DNA of 64,000 bases from Candidatus Sumerlaeales bacterium (GTDB taxonomy: Bacteria > Sumerlaeota > Sumerlaeia > Sumerlaeales > Sumerlaeaceae): contig JBBSQY010000002.1 of NCBI GenBank assembly GCA_038243585.1, positions 32,001-96,000 on the forward strand, given 5' to 3'. The position numbers were made by a program, and so were the translations under genes. Every line of letters begins with the position of its first letter. The stretch's first letter is position 1. The notes beneath the pieces are model-generated. The model saw only the letters and a list, made by a program, of their open reading frames with translations, was not told the origin of the DNA and ran no database searches. Below are positions 29,190 to 39,529 of this stretch, one piece after another.

Positions 29190-29972
29190 ATGTTGTCACC
29201 CGCTGAACTGACAGAATTGAAGAACGCCCGCCACTTGCTGGAAACCGAAGGGCTGGCGGTACGCTTGCAGAATATGGTTGGAAAACCTATAGCCGAAGGC
29301 GTTCGCTGGATGCCGGATAAGTGGCGTGAGAAGGTCAACGGCGCGGCGGAAGTTGCGTTGAGAAAAGCGCTTGATGTCGCCATTGGTAGTCTTGACGCCA
29401 AAGCCACCACTCGAGGCCGTTCAAACGCCAGCCACAAGCTAATGGCCGCAGCCAGCGGCGCTCTGGGAGGGGCGTTTGGCCTTCCCGCTTTAATAATAGA
29501 GCTTCCAGTTTCTACCTCGATCATGATGCGATCCATTGCCGACATCGCTCGAGGTGAAGGAGAAGATATTTCGTCTATCGAATCCCGACTGGCCTGTGTA
29601 GAAGTCTTTGCCCTTGGCGGAACCGGCACTGCAGACGATTACGCAGATACGGGATATTACGCTGTTCGCGCTGTCTTGGCCCAGCAGGTTACGGAAACTA
29701 TTCGTCATCTGGCTCAAGGCGGTGCAGCGCGCGCCTCGGCGTCGCCCATCGCGAAGCTGATCACCAGTATAGCCAGCCGCTTTGGTGTTGTCGTCGGGGA
29801 GAAAGCGCTGGCGGCGTCCGTTCCTATAATTGGGGCAGCCGGAGGAGCAATGATTAACACGATGTTTATTTCACATTTTCAGGATGTGGCGCGGGGTCAT
29901 TTCATCATTCGTCGGCTTGAGCGAACTCACGGGAAAGAAGCCATACAGCGAGCCTACGAAAATTTGAAGTAG
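29190..29972 (+). CDS. EcsC family protein
   Basis: GALGGAFG..ELPVST..MRSIADIAR.EG, VPIIGAAGGAMIN, RRLER. Confidence 0.85.
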   Translation: MLSPAELTELKNARHLLETEGLAVRLQNMVGKPIAEGVRWMPDKWREKVNGAAEVALRKALDVAIGSLDAKATTRGRSNASHKLMAAASGALGGAFGLPALIIELPVSTSIMMRSIADIARGEGEDISSIESRLACVEVFALGGTGTADDYADTGYYAVRAVLAQQVTETIRHLAQGGAARASASPIAKLITSIASRFGVVVGEKALAASVPIIGAAGGAMINTMFISHFQDVARGHFIIRRLERTHGKEAIQRAYENLK

Positions 29973-30098
29973 CATAGTTCTCCAGCCTGTGTACCCAAGA
30001 CTGCACGAAATTTCCAAGCAGTTAAGCATCACGCTTAATCACAACTTGAACCAACTTATGAGAAATCTACGCCTACACAGACGGGACGCCTATGCTGC
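29969..30098. repeat. GTAG-type REP/REPIN or MITE-like element, copy 2 (degenerate)
   Basis: Arms GTAGCATAGTTCTCCAGCCTGTGTAC (29969-29994) and CTACACAGACGGGACGCCTATGCTGC (30073-30098). The 78-bp spacer resembles that of copy 1. Confidence 0.8.
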
Positions 30099-30125
30099 TT
30101 CAGTTGTGGATACACAGGATGAGAA

Positions 30126-32831
30126 TTATGGGGCTTTTGGTGTCAGTCGATCAAGAACCTCTTCCAGTTTCAGGGCCTTTCGCGCCAGTTCATAATCCTT
30201 CCATGGATCACTCTTTTGTTGGGCAAGTCGACCTGGTACCGTCTTGATGGTAAATTTCGTAGGGTCCAGTTTTACAGTAACTTCGCTCCACGCGATAGGG
30301 GTCGCAACCGTCGCCCCGGCTCTAGCTCGTGAAGAATAGGGGAGTACCGCGCTAGCGGTTTTGCGGTTGCGTAGAAAATCTACGTATACCTTCCCAATGC
30401 GCTTCTTTTTGCTCATATTGGCGGTGTAGTTGTCAGGGTCTGTCGCTTCCAGATAGCGAGCAATGGCTTCGGCGAACGAGCCAACGTCATCCCAATCTGC
30501 AGAGGGCACAAGGGGTACTACTACGTGAAGTCCTTTTCCTCCGGTTGTCATTGCGAAGGTTTCGAAACCGCATTTCTCCAGCAGGCTTTTAAGGGTTTTC
30601 GCCGCTTTTATGATTCCAGCCCATTCCACTTCCGGGCTGGGATCAACGTCAAAGACCATGCGGTCCGGGTGTTCTATATCGTCGGCACGGCATTGCCAGC
30701 CGTGAATCTCAAGAGTAGATTGCTGCACCAGGGTTTGGAGGGCAATGGGATCGGACATAAAAATATAAATTTCTTCCCCGCCCTTTACATCGACGTTGAC
30801 CGGCTCGATGCCTGGCATTTCAGCCAACTTGATGTGGCGTTGGTAAAAGCAGGGCTTTGAGCGACCAGCGGGGCAGCGTACAAGAGTCAAGGGACGGTTT
30901 GACTGCCATTGGTACGCTCGCTCCTGCACCGCTTCATAGTAATCGGCTAGATCTTTCTTTGTGTATTTTTCATCAGGAAAAAGAATCTTTTCCGGGCTTG
31001 TTATCTGGTATGGGGTGACTGTATTTTTGGTCTCTGAAGTTGTTTCTTTGGGCATTTTCACGAGAGTTATTGTTGGCTTTTCTACGGGGGAAGATTTTTT
31101 TGCCGCTGCTGTCTTTTCTGCCGCAGCCGATTTCGTCTTAGACGCCGCTTTGGCGGGTGTTTTCTCTGCAGCCTCTTTGCCTTGTTTTGGTAATTCAATT
31201 GTCACAGCGTCCGCCTTTTTGTCTTCTCGAAGGCCCTGAAACGAAGGGTGGCGCAGAAGACCTTCACTGGTCATTTCTGTGTAGGCAACTTCGCCAATAA
31301 GCTTTGGTTCAACCCAGTGAATCCCGCGGGTCCAGGAGCCTTTTGGTGGGTTCGAGAAGGGGCTGGTTTTTTGCTCAATTTTTGTTAACTGACCGTGGAT
31401 TTCCTTGAGACTTGCGTCAGTAAATCCTGTGCCTACCTTGCCCGAATATATCAAATCCTTTGCCTCATTATAGAAGCCAACCAGCAACGCGCCCATACCT
31501 TGGCGAGAGCCGCCGGGCTCTGTATATCCGCCAATTACGAACTCCTGACGGTTGGTACATTTTACTTTAACCCAGGAGTTACTGCGCTTTTCGACATAGC
31601 GGGAGGTAAGATCTTTTGAAATAATTCCTTCGAGGCCCATGCGACAGGCGTTCGTCCATACGTCGTCCCCAGATTCCTTGAAGTGCTCGCTAAAGCGGAT
31701 TGCATCGGACGGGGTGTAGGTCTGCATGAGTTGCCTGAGCAGATTTTTGCGGTCACTCAGCGTGCAGGCTTTCAGCATATAACCATTTAAATAAATCAAG
31801 TCGAACGCGTAAAATGCCAATGCTGGATTGGCTGTGCCTTTAATAGATTTTTGCAGGAGCTGAAAGCGGGTGACGCCTTCAGCGTCCAGTGCGACGAGTT
31901 CTCCATCCACTATGGCGGATTCGATGGGAAGACATGCGAGTTCCGCCGCGATATCAGGAAATTTCGAGGTCCAGTCTTTGCCGTTTCGGGTGGACAGCGT
32001 CACATTTCCATTTTCGATCAAAGCAATAAACCGGTAACCGTCGAATTTGATTTCGTGCACCCAGTCGCCGCCATCGGGTGCGGATTGTACGAGGGTTGCC
32101 AGTTGTGGTTTCATGGTTGCGGGAAATTTGGATTTTGCAGCCCCGTCGATGGTCGACGGATCCATAACACTGGCCTGATTGGTTGCCTTTTTTATGCCGG
32201 TCCATACGCGAACGCCCGCTTTTTTATCGGCGGCGCCGGCACCGGATTTCTGTCCTGCGGCGATGGCGTCCATGGCCCGATCAGTGGTTACGCTAGTGGT
32301 ATATTGGTCCGTGATGCTTTTTTCGGTGGCCTGATCGTCACGCTCTTTTATGAGAAGCCAGTTTTTCTTATTGTCGCCATACTTGCCACCTTTCATAAGC
32401 ACTAGTGCAAAAGCGCCCTGCAGTCGTTGCCCTTTCAGGAGGAATTTCATAGAACCCTCGGTGAGTTGCGCGAGCATGTCGGCGCCTTTCTCCATTGGTT
32501 CCCAGTCTCCCTGATCCCAGAGCATCACGGTGCCGCCGCCGTATTCACCCTCGGGGATTGTCCCTTCAAAGTCGCCGTAGTCCAGCGGATGATCTTCCAC
32601 CTGCATCGCCAGGCGTTTATCTTTGGGATTCATGCTCGGGCCCTTGGGTACTGCCCAACTTTTCAGGACACCTTCCATTTCCAGACGAAAATCATAGTGC
32701 AGATGGCTGGCAGCATGTTTCTGGATCACGAAGCTTCCGCCACCGGCTTTTGAGGTGGGTTTTCTAACTACTCCCTCTGGCTCATTGGTTTTTTTGAAGT
32801 CGCGCTTTTTCTTGTATTCGGTCAGTCCCAT
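30126..32831 (-). CDS. ligD: NHEJ DNA ligase D (phosphoesterase-ligase-polymerase)
   Basis: HYDFRLE phosphoesterase domain, EIKFDGYR ligase, EGIISK, polymerase domain FDVDP and GGKGLHV. Confidence 0.96.
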   Translation of the reverse strand: MGLTEYKKKRDFKKTNEPEGVVRKPTSKAGGGSFVIQKHAASHLHYDFRLEMEGVLKSWAVPKGPSMNPKDKRLAMQVEDHPLDYGDFEGTIPEGEYGGGTVMLWDQGDWEPMEKGADMLAQLTEGSMKFLLKGQRLQGAFALVLMKGGKYGDNKKNWLLIKERDDQATEKSITDQYTTSVTTDRAMDAIAAGQKSGAGAADKKAGVRVWTGIKKATNQASVMDPSTIDGAAKSKFPATMKPQLATLVQSAPDGGDWVHEIKFDGYRFIALIENGNVTLSTRNGKDWTSKFPDIAAELACLPIESAIVDGELVALDAEGVTRFQLLQKSIKGTANPALAFYAFDLIYLNGYMLKACTLSDRKNLLRQLMQTYTPSDAIRFSEHFKESGDDVWTNACRMGLEGIISKDLTSRYVEKRSNSWVKVKCTNRQEFVIGGYTEPGGSRQGMGALLVGFYNEAKDLIYSGKVGTGFTDASLKEIHGQLTKIEQKTSPFSNPPKGSWTRGIHWVEPKLIGEVAYTEMTSEGLLRHPSFQGLREDKKADAVTIELPKQGKEAAEKTPAKAASKTKSAAAEKTAAAKKSSPVEKPTITLVKMPKETTSETKNTVTPYQITSPEKILFPDEKYTKKDLADYYEAVQERAYQWQSNRPLTLVRCPAGRSKPCFYQRHIKLAEMPGIEPVNVDVKGGEEIYIFMSDPIALQTLVQQSTLEIHGWQCRADDIEHPDRMVFDVDPSPEVEWAGIIKAAKTLKSLLEKCGFETFAMTTGGKGLHVVVPLVPSADWDDVGSFAEAIARYLEATDPDNYTANMSKKKRIGKVYVDFLRNRKTASAVLPYSSRARAGATVATPIAWSEVTVKLDPTKFTIKTVPGRLAQQKSDPWKDYELARKALKLEEVLDRLTPKAP

Positions 32832-32840
32832 GATCGGCCT

Positions 32841-33707
32841 CTATGCTGCGGACTTTTTCTTCGTAGCCGCCTTACTTTTTTTAGAGGTTGCTGGTTTTGT
32901 TGCAGGCTTAGATTTAGAGGGTTTTTCCGGCTCGCCGGTTCCACCGCCTAAGCTGGCTTTTAAAGCGCTGACCAAGTCGATAACTCTCGCTGGCTGTTCT
33001 TTTGTCTGCGTAACGCTGATCTTGCCACCCTTCGCTTTTTTTTCCAGCATCTCGATCACCTTCTCCCGATAATCGTCCTCATACCGTTCGGGCTCAAAAT
33101 CGCGACCCATGCTCTCGACCAGCCGCACCGCCATCTCCAACTCCTGCTTTGTTGGATTGCTAGCCTTTGGAATCGCAGGAACATCGTCTAACGACACTAC
33201 TTCATCAGCATAATAAAGTGTCGACAGCCCAATAGCGTTACCCATCGGGCGCATGATGACAAGGTGCTGCTTCGTGCGCATTACGAACCGCGCGATGGCG
33301 GCCTTACCGCTGTTCTCCATGGCCGCGACCAGCAGGCTATACGGCTTCGCAGCGCCTTTTTCCGGAGCAAGATAATACGCTGTCTCATAATATATTGGAT
33401 CAACCTGAGCCAATTCCACAAAATCCTCAATGTCGATGCTGTGCGGATTATCCGGCTGAAGTGCTTCCAGTTCTTCCGGCTCTACGGCCACGAATTCTCC
33501 TTTGCGAACTTCATAACCTTTGACGATCTCGTCCGCGCTTACTTCTTTGTTATCCACTGGACAAACTTTTTTCTGTTTCAGTGGAACCATATCTTTTTCA
33601 TGAAGCATCCGGAAATGAATGTCTTGCGGCCGCGTGGCCTTCCACATACTGATGGGAATATGTACAAGGCCAAAGTTAATAGCCCCTTTCCAAAGTGCGC
33701 GCGCCAT
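32841..33707 (-). CDS. ku: NHEJ Ku protein
   Basis: WKGAINFGLVHIPI, IVKGYE, YYLAP, VIDLVSALKASL, basic tail. Confidence 0.96.
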   Translation of the reverse strand: MARALWKGAINFGLVHIPISMWKATRPQDIHFRMLHEKDMVPLKQKKVCPVDNKEVSADEIVKGYEVRKGEFVAVEPEELEALQPDNPHSIDIEDFVELAQVDPIYYETAYYLAPEKGAAKPYSLLVAAMENSGKAAIARFVMRTKQHLVIMRPMGNAIGLSTLYYADEVVSLDDVPAIPKASNPTKQELEMAVRLVESMGRDFEPERYEDDYREKVIEMLEKKAKGGKISVTQTKEQPARVIDLVSALKASLGGGTGEPEKPSKSKPATKPATSKKSKAATKKKSAA

Positions 33708-33798
33708 GGCCAGTTCTCCTAGGTTGATATTTCATCTTACGGCAAAGACCGTGCCCATTCTACGGAACAATCGTACTCTGACTCGGTATCCGCTCTCC

Positions 33799-34917
33799 AT
33801 GAGTTTCGAATTCACCGTCCAGTCAAAATGCAGCGCGACCAGCGCACGCGCAGGCGTCCTAAATACCCCCCATGGTCCAGTTGAAACCCCCGTTTTCATG
33901 CCAGTGGGTACGAAAGCCACGGTTAAGGCAATGACGCCGGAGGAGCTAAAACAGGTTGGTGCGCAGATCATTCTGTCTAACACTTTCCACTTGGCTTTGC
34001 GTCCCGGCGATGAGACCGTAAAAGCCTTGGGTGGCCTTCACAAAATGATGAACTGGAACCGGCCTATCCTCACGGATAGTGGCGGGTTTCAGGTGTTCAG
34101 CCTGGGTGACATAAATAAGATCACAAATGATGGCGTTAGATTCCGGTCACCGTTGGACGGGTCTGAAATGTTTTTAACGCCGGAAAAGGCCACGCAAATT
34201 CAACACAATCTGGGCGCGGATATCATAATGGTTTTTGATGAATGCGCACCCTATCCTGCGGAACACGCGTATGTGAAAAAGTCTGCGGAGATGACGGCTC
34301 GCTGGGCAGAGCGGTGCAAAGCAGCTCACGCCGGTCGCGAAGATATGCAGGCGCTTTTCGGCATCGTTCAAGGTGGAATGTTTGATGATCTACGGGAATG
34401 GAGCGCTCGGGCAACCGTCGATATTGGCTTTCCCGGCTACGCCATAGGCGGGCTGAGCGTTGGCGAGCCAAAGCCGGATATGGAACGCGGCCTCGACGTG
34501 ATGAACCGCGTTCTACCGTGGGATCAACCGCGTTACCTGATGGGAGTGGGAACCCCGGACGACTTCTTCCGCGGAGTAGAGCGGGGGATTGATATGTTCG
34601 ACTGCGTGCTGCCGACGCGTTCGGCCCGAACCGGCCGCCTCTATACCACAGAGGGCATTCTCAATATGCGCAATGCTGTCCACGCGACCGATACGCGCCC
34701 ACCCGGCGAATCATGTGGCTGCTATGTTTGCCGCAACTATAGCCGGGGGTATCTGCGCCACTTATTTATGGCCGAAGAAATCCTGGCCTGTCGTCTGGCC
34801 ACATTCCACAACCTGCATTACTTCCTGGAACTGATGGCGGGAATACGAAGATCAATTCAGGAAGACCGTTTCCTGGCTTTTAAAACTGAAGCCCTGGCAG
34901 CCTACGGTAAGAACTGA
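33799..34917 (+). CDS. tgt: tRNA-guanine transglycosylase
   Basis: TPVFMPVGT, TDSGGFQVFS, GIVQGG, YLMGVG, DMFDCV, C-x-C-x2-C zinc site. Start ATG 33799. Confidence 0.97.
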   Translation: MSFEFTVQSKCSATSARAGVLNTPHGPVETPVFMPVGTKATVKAMTPEELKQVGAQIILSNTFHLALRPGDETVKALGGLHKMMNWNRPILTDSGGFQVFSLGDINKITNDGVRFRSPLDGSEMFLTPEKATQIQHNLGADIIMVFDECAPYPAEHAYVKKSAEMTARWAERCKAAHAGREDMQALFGIVQGGMFDDLREWSARATVDIGFPGYAIGGLSVGEPKPDMERGLDVMNRVLPWDQPRYLMGVGTPDDFFRGVERGIDMFDCVLPTRSARTGRLYTTEGILNMRNAVHATDTRPPGESCGCYVCRNYSRGYLRHLFMAEEILACRLATFHNLHYFLELMAGIRRSIQEDRFLAFKTEALAAYGKN

Positions 34918-34977
34918 GCATTCGACACAGAAGCACTGAAAAAGCCACTGGGTGAACAGCTAAAAGACTAGGTGAGC

Positions 34978-35715
34978 TTAATCAGCAGCCTTCTGCTTTC
35001 CTGCCACTTCGACCAGACCCTGAAAAAGGGCCAGGTGGGCCGGTTCATCGAAGATCATTTCAGGATGCCATTGCAGGGCAACGCCGAAGGGATAGTCTTT
35101 TATCTCGAAGCTTTCGATGATGCCGTCCACCGGACAGCGTGAGGTTATTAAAACTCCGGCACCGGGCTTATCAACTGACTGGTGATGGGATGTATTTGCC
35201 AAAACAGTACCTTCGCCAACCATAGAAGCGAGCAAGGTGCCGCCGTCTACCACCACGTCGTGGCGAGAGTATGTCTTTGAGTGCTCTACTGTAGTGGTCA
35301 AGTGAGAATTTATATCCTGAATTAGGGTGCCGCCCAAAGCCACGTTGACTTCCTGACATCCCAGACATATCGCCAGGAAAGGTTTCTTCCGATCAAGCAC
35401 CTGTTGAATAAGGGCCAGGTCATACGTCTCCCGACGCTTTTCTACCATCTGATCCTTCACAGTTTCGTGAACTTCCTGCCCATAGAGTTTCGGATCAATA
35501 TCGGGTCCACCGGTAAAAATAAACCCGTCGCAGAGTTCCGCATGGTGGCTCACAAGATCTGCATCCTCGACCGCTGGCAAAATGATAGGAATACCACCTG
35601 CTGCGCGCACGGCGTCAACGTATGTAGTGCGAAGGGTGAAAAAGGGCTTTCCTGGGCCCTCTATGTCGCGAACGCCAGCATTTATGCCAATAAGTGGTGC
35701 CTCTATAACTGTCAT
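34978..35715 (-). CDS. Gamma-glutamyl-gamma-aminobutyrate hydrolase family (peptidase C26)
   Basis: TGGPDIDP, AICLGCQ, SHHQ, QWHPE. Confidence 0.9.
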   Translation of the reverse strand: MTVIEAPLIGINAGVRDIEGPGKPFFTLRTTYVDAVRAAGGIPIILPAVEDADLVSHHAELCDGFIFTGGPDIDPKLYGQEVHETVKDQMVEKRRETYDLALIQQVLDRKKPFLAICLGCQEVNVALGGTLIQDINSHLTTTVEHSKTYSRHDVVVDGGTLLASMVGEGTVLANTSHHQSVDKPGAGVLITSRCPVDGIIESFEIKDYPFGVALQWHPEMIFDEPAHLALFQGLVEVAGKQKAAD

Positions 35716-35720
35716 AGACG

Positions 35721-37310
35721 TTAGATCCTGATAATGCGGGCTGAGATGATGTTTGGCAAGGCTTCTACTTCTTTAATCATCTCTTCAGAAACCGGCGAAT
35801 CCACGTTGATAACTGTAATGGCGTCGTGTCCGGCCTGGGTGCGGCCCCAGGTCATTTGAGAGATGTTCACGTTGTGTTTGCCCATGAGCATTCCGACGTT
35901 TCCGATAATTCCAGGCACGTCTTTATTTTCAATGACGAGTAGTTCCCCTTCGGGTACGACGTCAAAAAACTTATCGTTAAGAACGACAATGCGGGGAGTA
36001 TCTTTTGTAAATAGCGTGCCACCAATAAACTGCTTGGTGCCGTCTTCACAAGTAACTTCCAGCGTGATAAGGTTTGCAAAATTGTAAAGCTTGGTGCTGG
36101 TTTGTTCAATGACTTCGATGCCGCGATCTTTCGCGATGGAGCCAGCGTTTACGAAGTTTACTACGCTGCCTTCCGTCATTGGCTCAAGGAAGCCGATGAC
36201 CGCTGCGTTAGTAATAGAAGAAATTGGGTAGTCCGTAACGCTGCCGCTGTAGTAAACCTGTAGCGATTTGGCCGGGCTGGTAACGTACTGGGAAATGAAT
36301 TTTCCCATGCGACGGGCCAGATCAATGTAAGGCTGAACCTGCTCTAGAATGGCAGGGTCGACGGACGGTGCATTAATCGCGTTGCGGATCATGTTGCCTT
36401 TTAATACATCGACAATCTGCTCAGCTACATCGCGGGCCACACCTTCCTGGGCTTCGCTGGTGGCGGCACCCAGGTGGGGAGTCATGATGACGTTGTCCAT
36501 GGTGCGGAACGGGTGATCTGCCGGGAGCGGTTCAACTTCAAAAACGTCGAGGGCCGCGCCGGCGACGGTGCCGTTTTGCATTGCTTCCAGAAGTGCTGTT
36601 TCATCCACTATGCCGCCGCGGGCACAATTTAGAATGTACACGCCCTTTTTCATCATGGCGAAACATTCCTGGTTCAGCATGCCTTTGGTTTGCGCGTTAA
36701 GAGGTGAATGTACTGTGATAAAATCAGCCTGAGCGCAAATCTCGTCTACGGTCGCTTTGGTAACGCCAAGTCGTTTTACAGCTTCTTCGTTGATAAATGG
36801 ATCATACGCGAGCACCTTCATTCCAAAAGCCAGGGCGCGTTTCGCCACTTCGTTGCCGATGCGACCAAAGCCGCATACGCCAAGAGTTTTGTTCTGCAAT
36901 TCAACGCCAACGTATTTCTTTTTGTCCCAGCGGCCTTCATGCATGCTGCGATCTGCCTGCGGGATGGAGCGGGCGAGCGACATAAGCATGGCGAAGGTGT
37001 GTTCGGCGGTGGAGACGGTGTTGCCACCTGGGGTGTTCATGACAATGATGCCATTTTTTGTAGCGGCAGGAATGTCAACGTTGTCAAGACCGACGCCGGC
37101 GCGACCGACTACTTTAAGGTTTTTGCCGTTGTTGAGTACGGCAGCGGTGGCGGTTGTGCGGCTGCGAATTACAAGAGCGTCGTAGTTAACGATTTCCTTT
37201 TCAAGGTCCTCGGGAGAAATTTCCGGTTTATGGTCTACGTCAAATCCGGCGGATTTGAGGATGCCGATGCCTTCATCGGAAAGGGAGTCGCTTACAAGAA
37301 TTCGTGCCAT
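35721..37310 (-). CDS. serA: D-3-phosphoglycerate dehydrogenase
   Basis: GRAGVGLDNVD, GFGRIG, NCARGG, TPHLGA, C-terminal ACT domain. Start ATG 37310. Confidence 0.95.
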   Translation of the reverse strand: MARILVSDSLSDEGIGILKSAGFDVDHKPEISPEDLEKEIVNYDALVIRSRTTATAAVLNNGKNLKVVGRAGVGLDNVDIPAATKNGIIVMNTPGGNTVSTAEHTFAMLMSLARSIPQADRSMHEGRWDKKKYVGVELQNKTLGVCGFGRIGNEVAKRALAFGMKVLAYDPFINEEAVKRLGVTKATVDEICAQADFITVHSPLNAQTKGMLNQECFAMMKKGVYILNCARGGIVDETALLEAMQNGTVAGAALDVFEVEPLPADHPFRTMDNVIMTPHLGAATSEAQEGVARDVAEQIVDVLKGNMIRNAINAPSVDPAILEQVQPYIDLARRMGKFISQYVTSPAKSLQVYYSGSVTDYPISSITNAAVIGFLEPMTEGSVVNFVNAGSIAKDRGIEVIEQTSTKLYNFANLITLEVTCEDGTKQFIGGTLFTKDTPRIVVLNDKFFDVVPEGELLVIENKDVPGIIGNVGMLMGKHNVNISQMTWGRTQAGHDAITVINVDSPVSEEMIKEVEALPNIISARIIRI

Positions 37311-37536
37311 GTCAGTCCAGTGTGTCCGTTTTTGTTTTAGTGGGGTCGTTGTCGGGTGCTGCAATCGAGGTAACTTGCAAAGCGCATTCGGCATTCACGG
37401 GAAATTTAACGTGGAGGCTAGAAACCTTTACGCGAAGGACGCTAAGGAAACGCAAAACAAGAGCAGGCGGTAGGGGATTGACAAAAGTTGTAACTCGTTT
37501 TCTGTTAATCACATTAATGAAGAAAGGAGGGTAATA

Positions 37537-37899
37537 ATGAAAGAGTTTGTCCTTAAGTGGTGGCCAATTCCCAGTGTCGTCGCGACGATGTTAGGTATTC
37601 TCTCGCCTGTTTAGAGAAATAATTACTGGGCGATACTACCCAGCATGATTGCAGCGGGAATTTTGGGATATGCAGCTCAAGTATACTGGGACTGTTGTTG
37701 CAAGCGGCCTCACTGGGCCCAGATATTTATCGTCTTTTCAGTAATTCAGTATGGTCAACTTCTCAATGCCCTATGGCTTGAGCGGGTTGATCAGGCAAAG
37801 CTATCAGCTTTATTAATTGGGATGTTCTTTGTATCGATTTGCGCGATGGGCGCGGCTCTTCATCGTGGTGAATCAGCTGAGCGGGACACAGATAAGTAA
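37537..37899 (+). pseudogene. Small membrane protein gene (120 codons) with an in-frame TAG at codon 26
   Basis: AAGGAGG RBS and ATG 37537. MKEFVLKWWPIPSVVATMLGILSPV*RNNYWAILPSM.. continues in frame into ORF 37645-37899. Confidence 0.6.
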
Positions 37900-37973
37900 T
37901 AAAACCCGTTTGTCCTGGATTAATAAGACAGTGCATAGAAAGAAATGCGTCGGTGCGGCGTTGACACAGGGTT

Positions 37974-38003
37974 TTGGCAACCGCTGATCAGTCCTAGTAT
38001 AAT
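37974..38003 (+). promoter_or_regulatory. Sigma70-like promoter for the NamZ-like gene
   Basis: TTGGCA-N18-TATAAT followed by GGAG and a GTG start. Confidence 0.5.
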
Positions 38004-38020
38004 TATAAATGGAGTGATCA

Positions 38021-39391
38021 GTGACAATTTTAGATAAAATTTTTGGATGGAAACATTTAGCGGCTATCCCTGCCGCTCTATTATTTACGGGCACCGCAGC
38101 GGCCCAGACTTCGGTTTCGGCCGGCATGGATAAAGGATCAACAGCAACCGTGTACACAAACAAATATGCGCCAGAGCTTCCGAACGTAAAGGTGAAGCTG
38201 GGCAACGAAGTGCTATTCGAGGACGCAAAGTATACGGACCTGATACGCGGCAAGCGCGTTGGTCTTATAACAAACCCAACCGGTATGGACAGCCACTTTG
38301 TTTCAACGATCGACAAGCTGGCCTTTGGCGGAGTGTGTAAGTTGACAGCGCTTTTCGGGCCGGAGCATGGAATTCGTGGTGATGCCGATGCGGGGGAACA
38401 CGTAAAGAGCAGCGTGGATGAAAAAACAAGTACTCCAGTGCACAGTCTCTACGGAAAATATCCTGACGGCAAGCCCCGGGCAGTGCCCAACAGGGAAACC
38501 ATGGACACGCTGGACGTGATGGTGTATGATCTGCAGGATATTGGAAACCGCAGTTATACCTATATTACCACCATGAAAAACTGCATGAAAGCGGCGGCGG
38601 AACATGGCAAGCCGTTTATCGTGCTGGATCGCCCGAATCCTATGGGGGGCAATTTCGTTGATGGAAATGTGCTGGAAGAGGAACTTGTCAGCACGGTTGG
38701 TTGGGCGCCGGTGGCTTATCTGTACGGCCTCACTTGCGGCGAAACAGCAGGGTGGTTGAAAGACTATTTGAAACTGGACAATCTTGATCTGCATGTGGTC
38801 CCAGTTCAGGGTTGGAACCGCGATATGACCTGGATGGATACCGGCCTGCCATGGATTCCCACAAGCACGCATATGCCGCATCCGGAAACCTGCTGGCATA
38901 TCGGTCTGACGGGGACGTTTGGTGAGTTACATTCTGTAAACGAAGGTGTGGGCTACACGGCGCCGTTTGAGTATATTGGAGCGCCATTTATTAAAAGTAA
39001 TGAGTTTGCGGATGAACTGAACAGCCGCCGCCTGCCAGGCGTGTTTTTTCGCCCGGTTTATTACAAACCCTATTACGGTACTCATAAAACCGAAATGTGC
39101 GGTGGCGTGCAAGTGATGATTACCGATTTTAGCAAGATGCGGCCGGTGGAAGCTAGTGTGCATGTACTGGAGGTGTTGCAGAAACTGTATCCTCAAGCAG
39201 ATGTTCTACACCTTATAGAACCCACAAAAGCCGAGACGGTGCGCGTCGGTATGTTTACTAAAGTAATGGGGTCAAAAAAAATACGCGATGGTCTGGCCGC
39301 CGGAAAAACAGCGCAGGAAATCATTGCACCCTGGAAAGTCCAGCGGGAGCAATTTACCGAAGGCAGCAAAAAATATCATCTGTACAAGTAA
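38021..39391 (+). CDS. Exo-beta-N-acetylmuramidase NamZ family (DUF1343)
   Basis: RVGLITNPTG, LFGPEHG, DLQDIGNRSYTY, VLDRPNP, EGVG. Signal peptide. Confidence 0.9.
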   Translation: MTILDKIFGWKHLAAIPAALLFTGTAAAQTSVSAGMDKGSTATVYTNKYAPELPNVKVKLGNEVLFEDAKYTDLIRGKRVGLITNPTGMDSHFVSTIDKLAFGGVCKLTALFGPEHGIRGDADAGEHVKSSVDEKTSTPVHSLYGKYPDGKPRAVPNRETMDTLDVMVYDLQDIGNRSYTYITTMKNCMKAAAEHGKPFIVLDRPNPMGGNFVDGNVLEEELVSTVGWAPVAYLYGLTCGETAGWLKDYLKLDNLDLHVVPVQGWNRDMTWMDTGLPWIPTSTHMPHPETCWHIGLTGTFGELHSVNEGVGYTAPFEYIGAPFIKSNEFADELNSRRLPGVFFRPVYYKPYYGTHKTEMCGGVQVMITDFSKMRPVEASVHVLEVLQKLYPQADVLHLIEPTKAETVRVGMFTKVMGSKKIRDGLAAGKTAQEIIAPWKVQREQFTEGSKKYHLYK

Positions 39392-39529
39392 AGCCGTTTT
39401 CAAGTTGGGGTAAGAGCCGGGCCGGGCATCGCGCCCGGTTCTATTCCGACTGTAAAGTAAGCTACGCTAATAGCATTATCCTGCTGCGACCTGCATTATA
39501 TGTGCACAGAAGTGATGAGTAGTCGCGGG

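Noticed and set aside
33619..33798. N-terminal extension of Tgt overlapping ku
   Set aside because: An artefact of longest-ORF calling; Tgt homology begins at ATG 33799.
37428..37457. ACGCGAAGGACGCTAAG..CGCAAAA motif and the similar ACGCAGAGGCGCGGAG near 2240
   Set aside because: They resemble short dispersed repeats but are too short and degenerate to support from this window alone.
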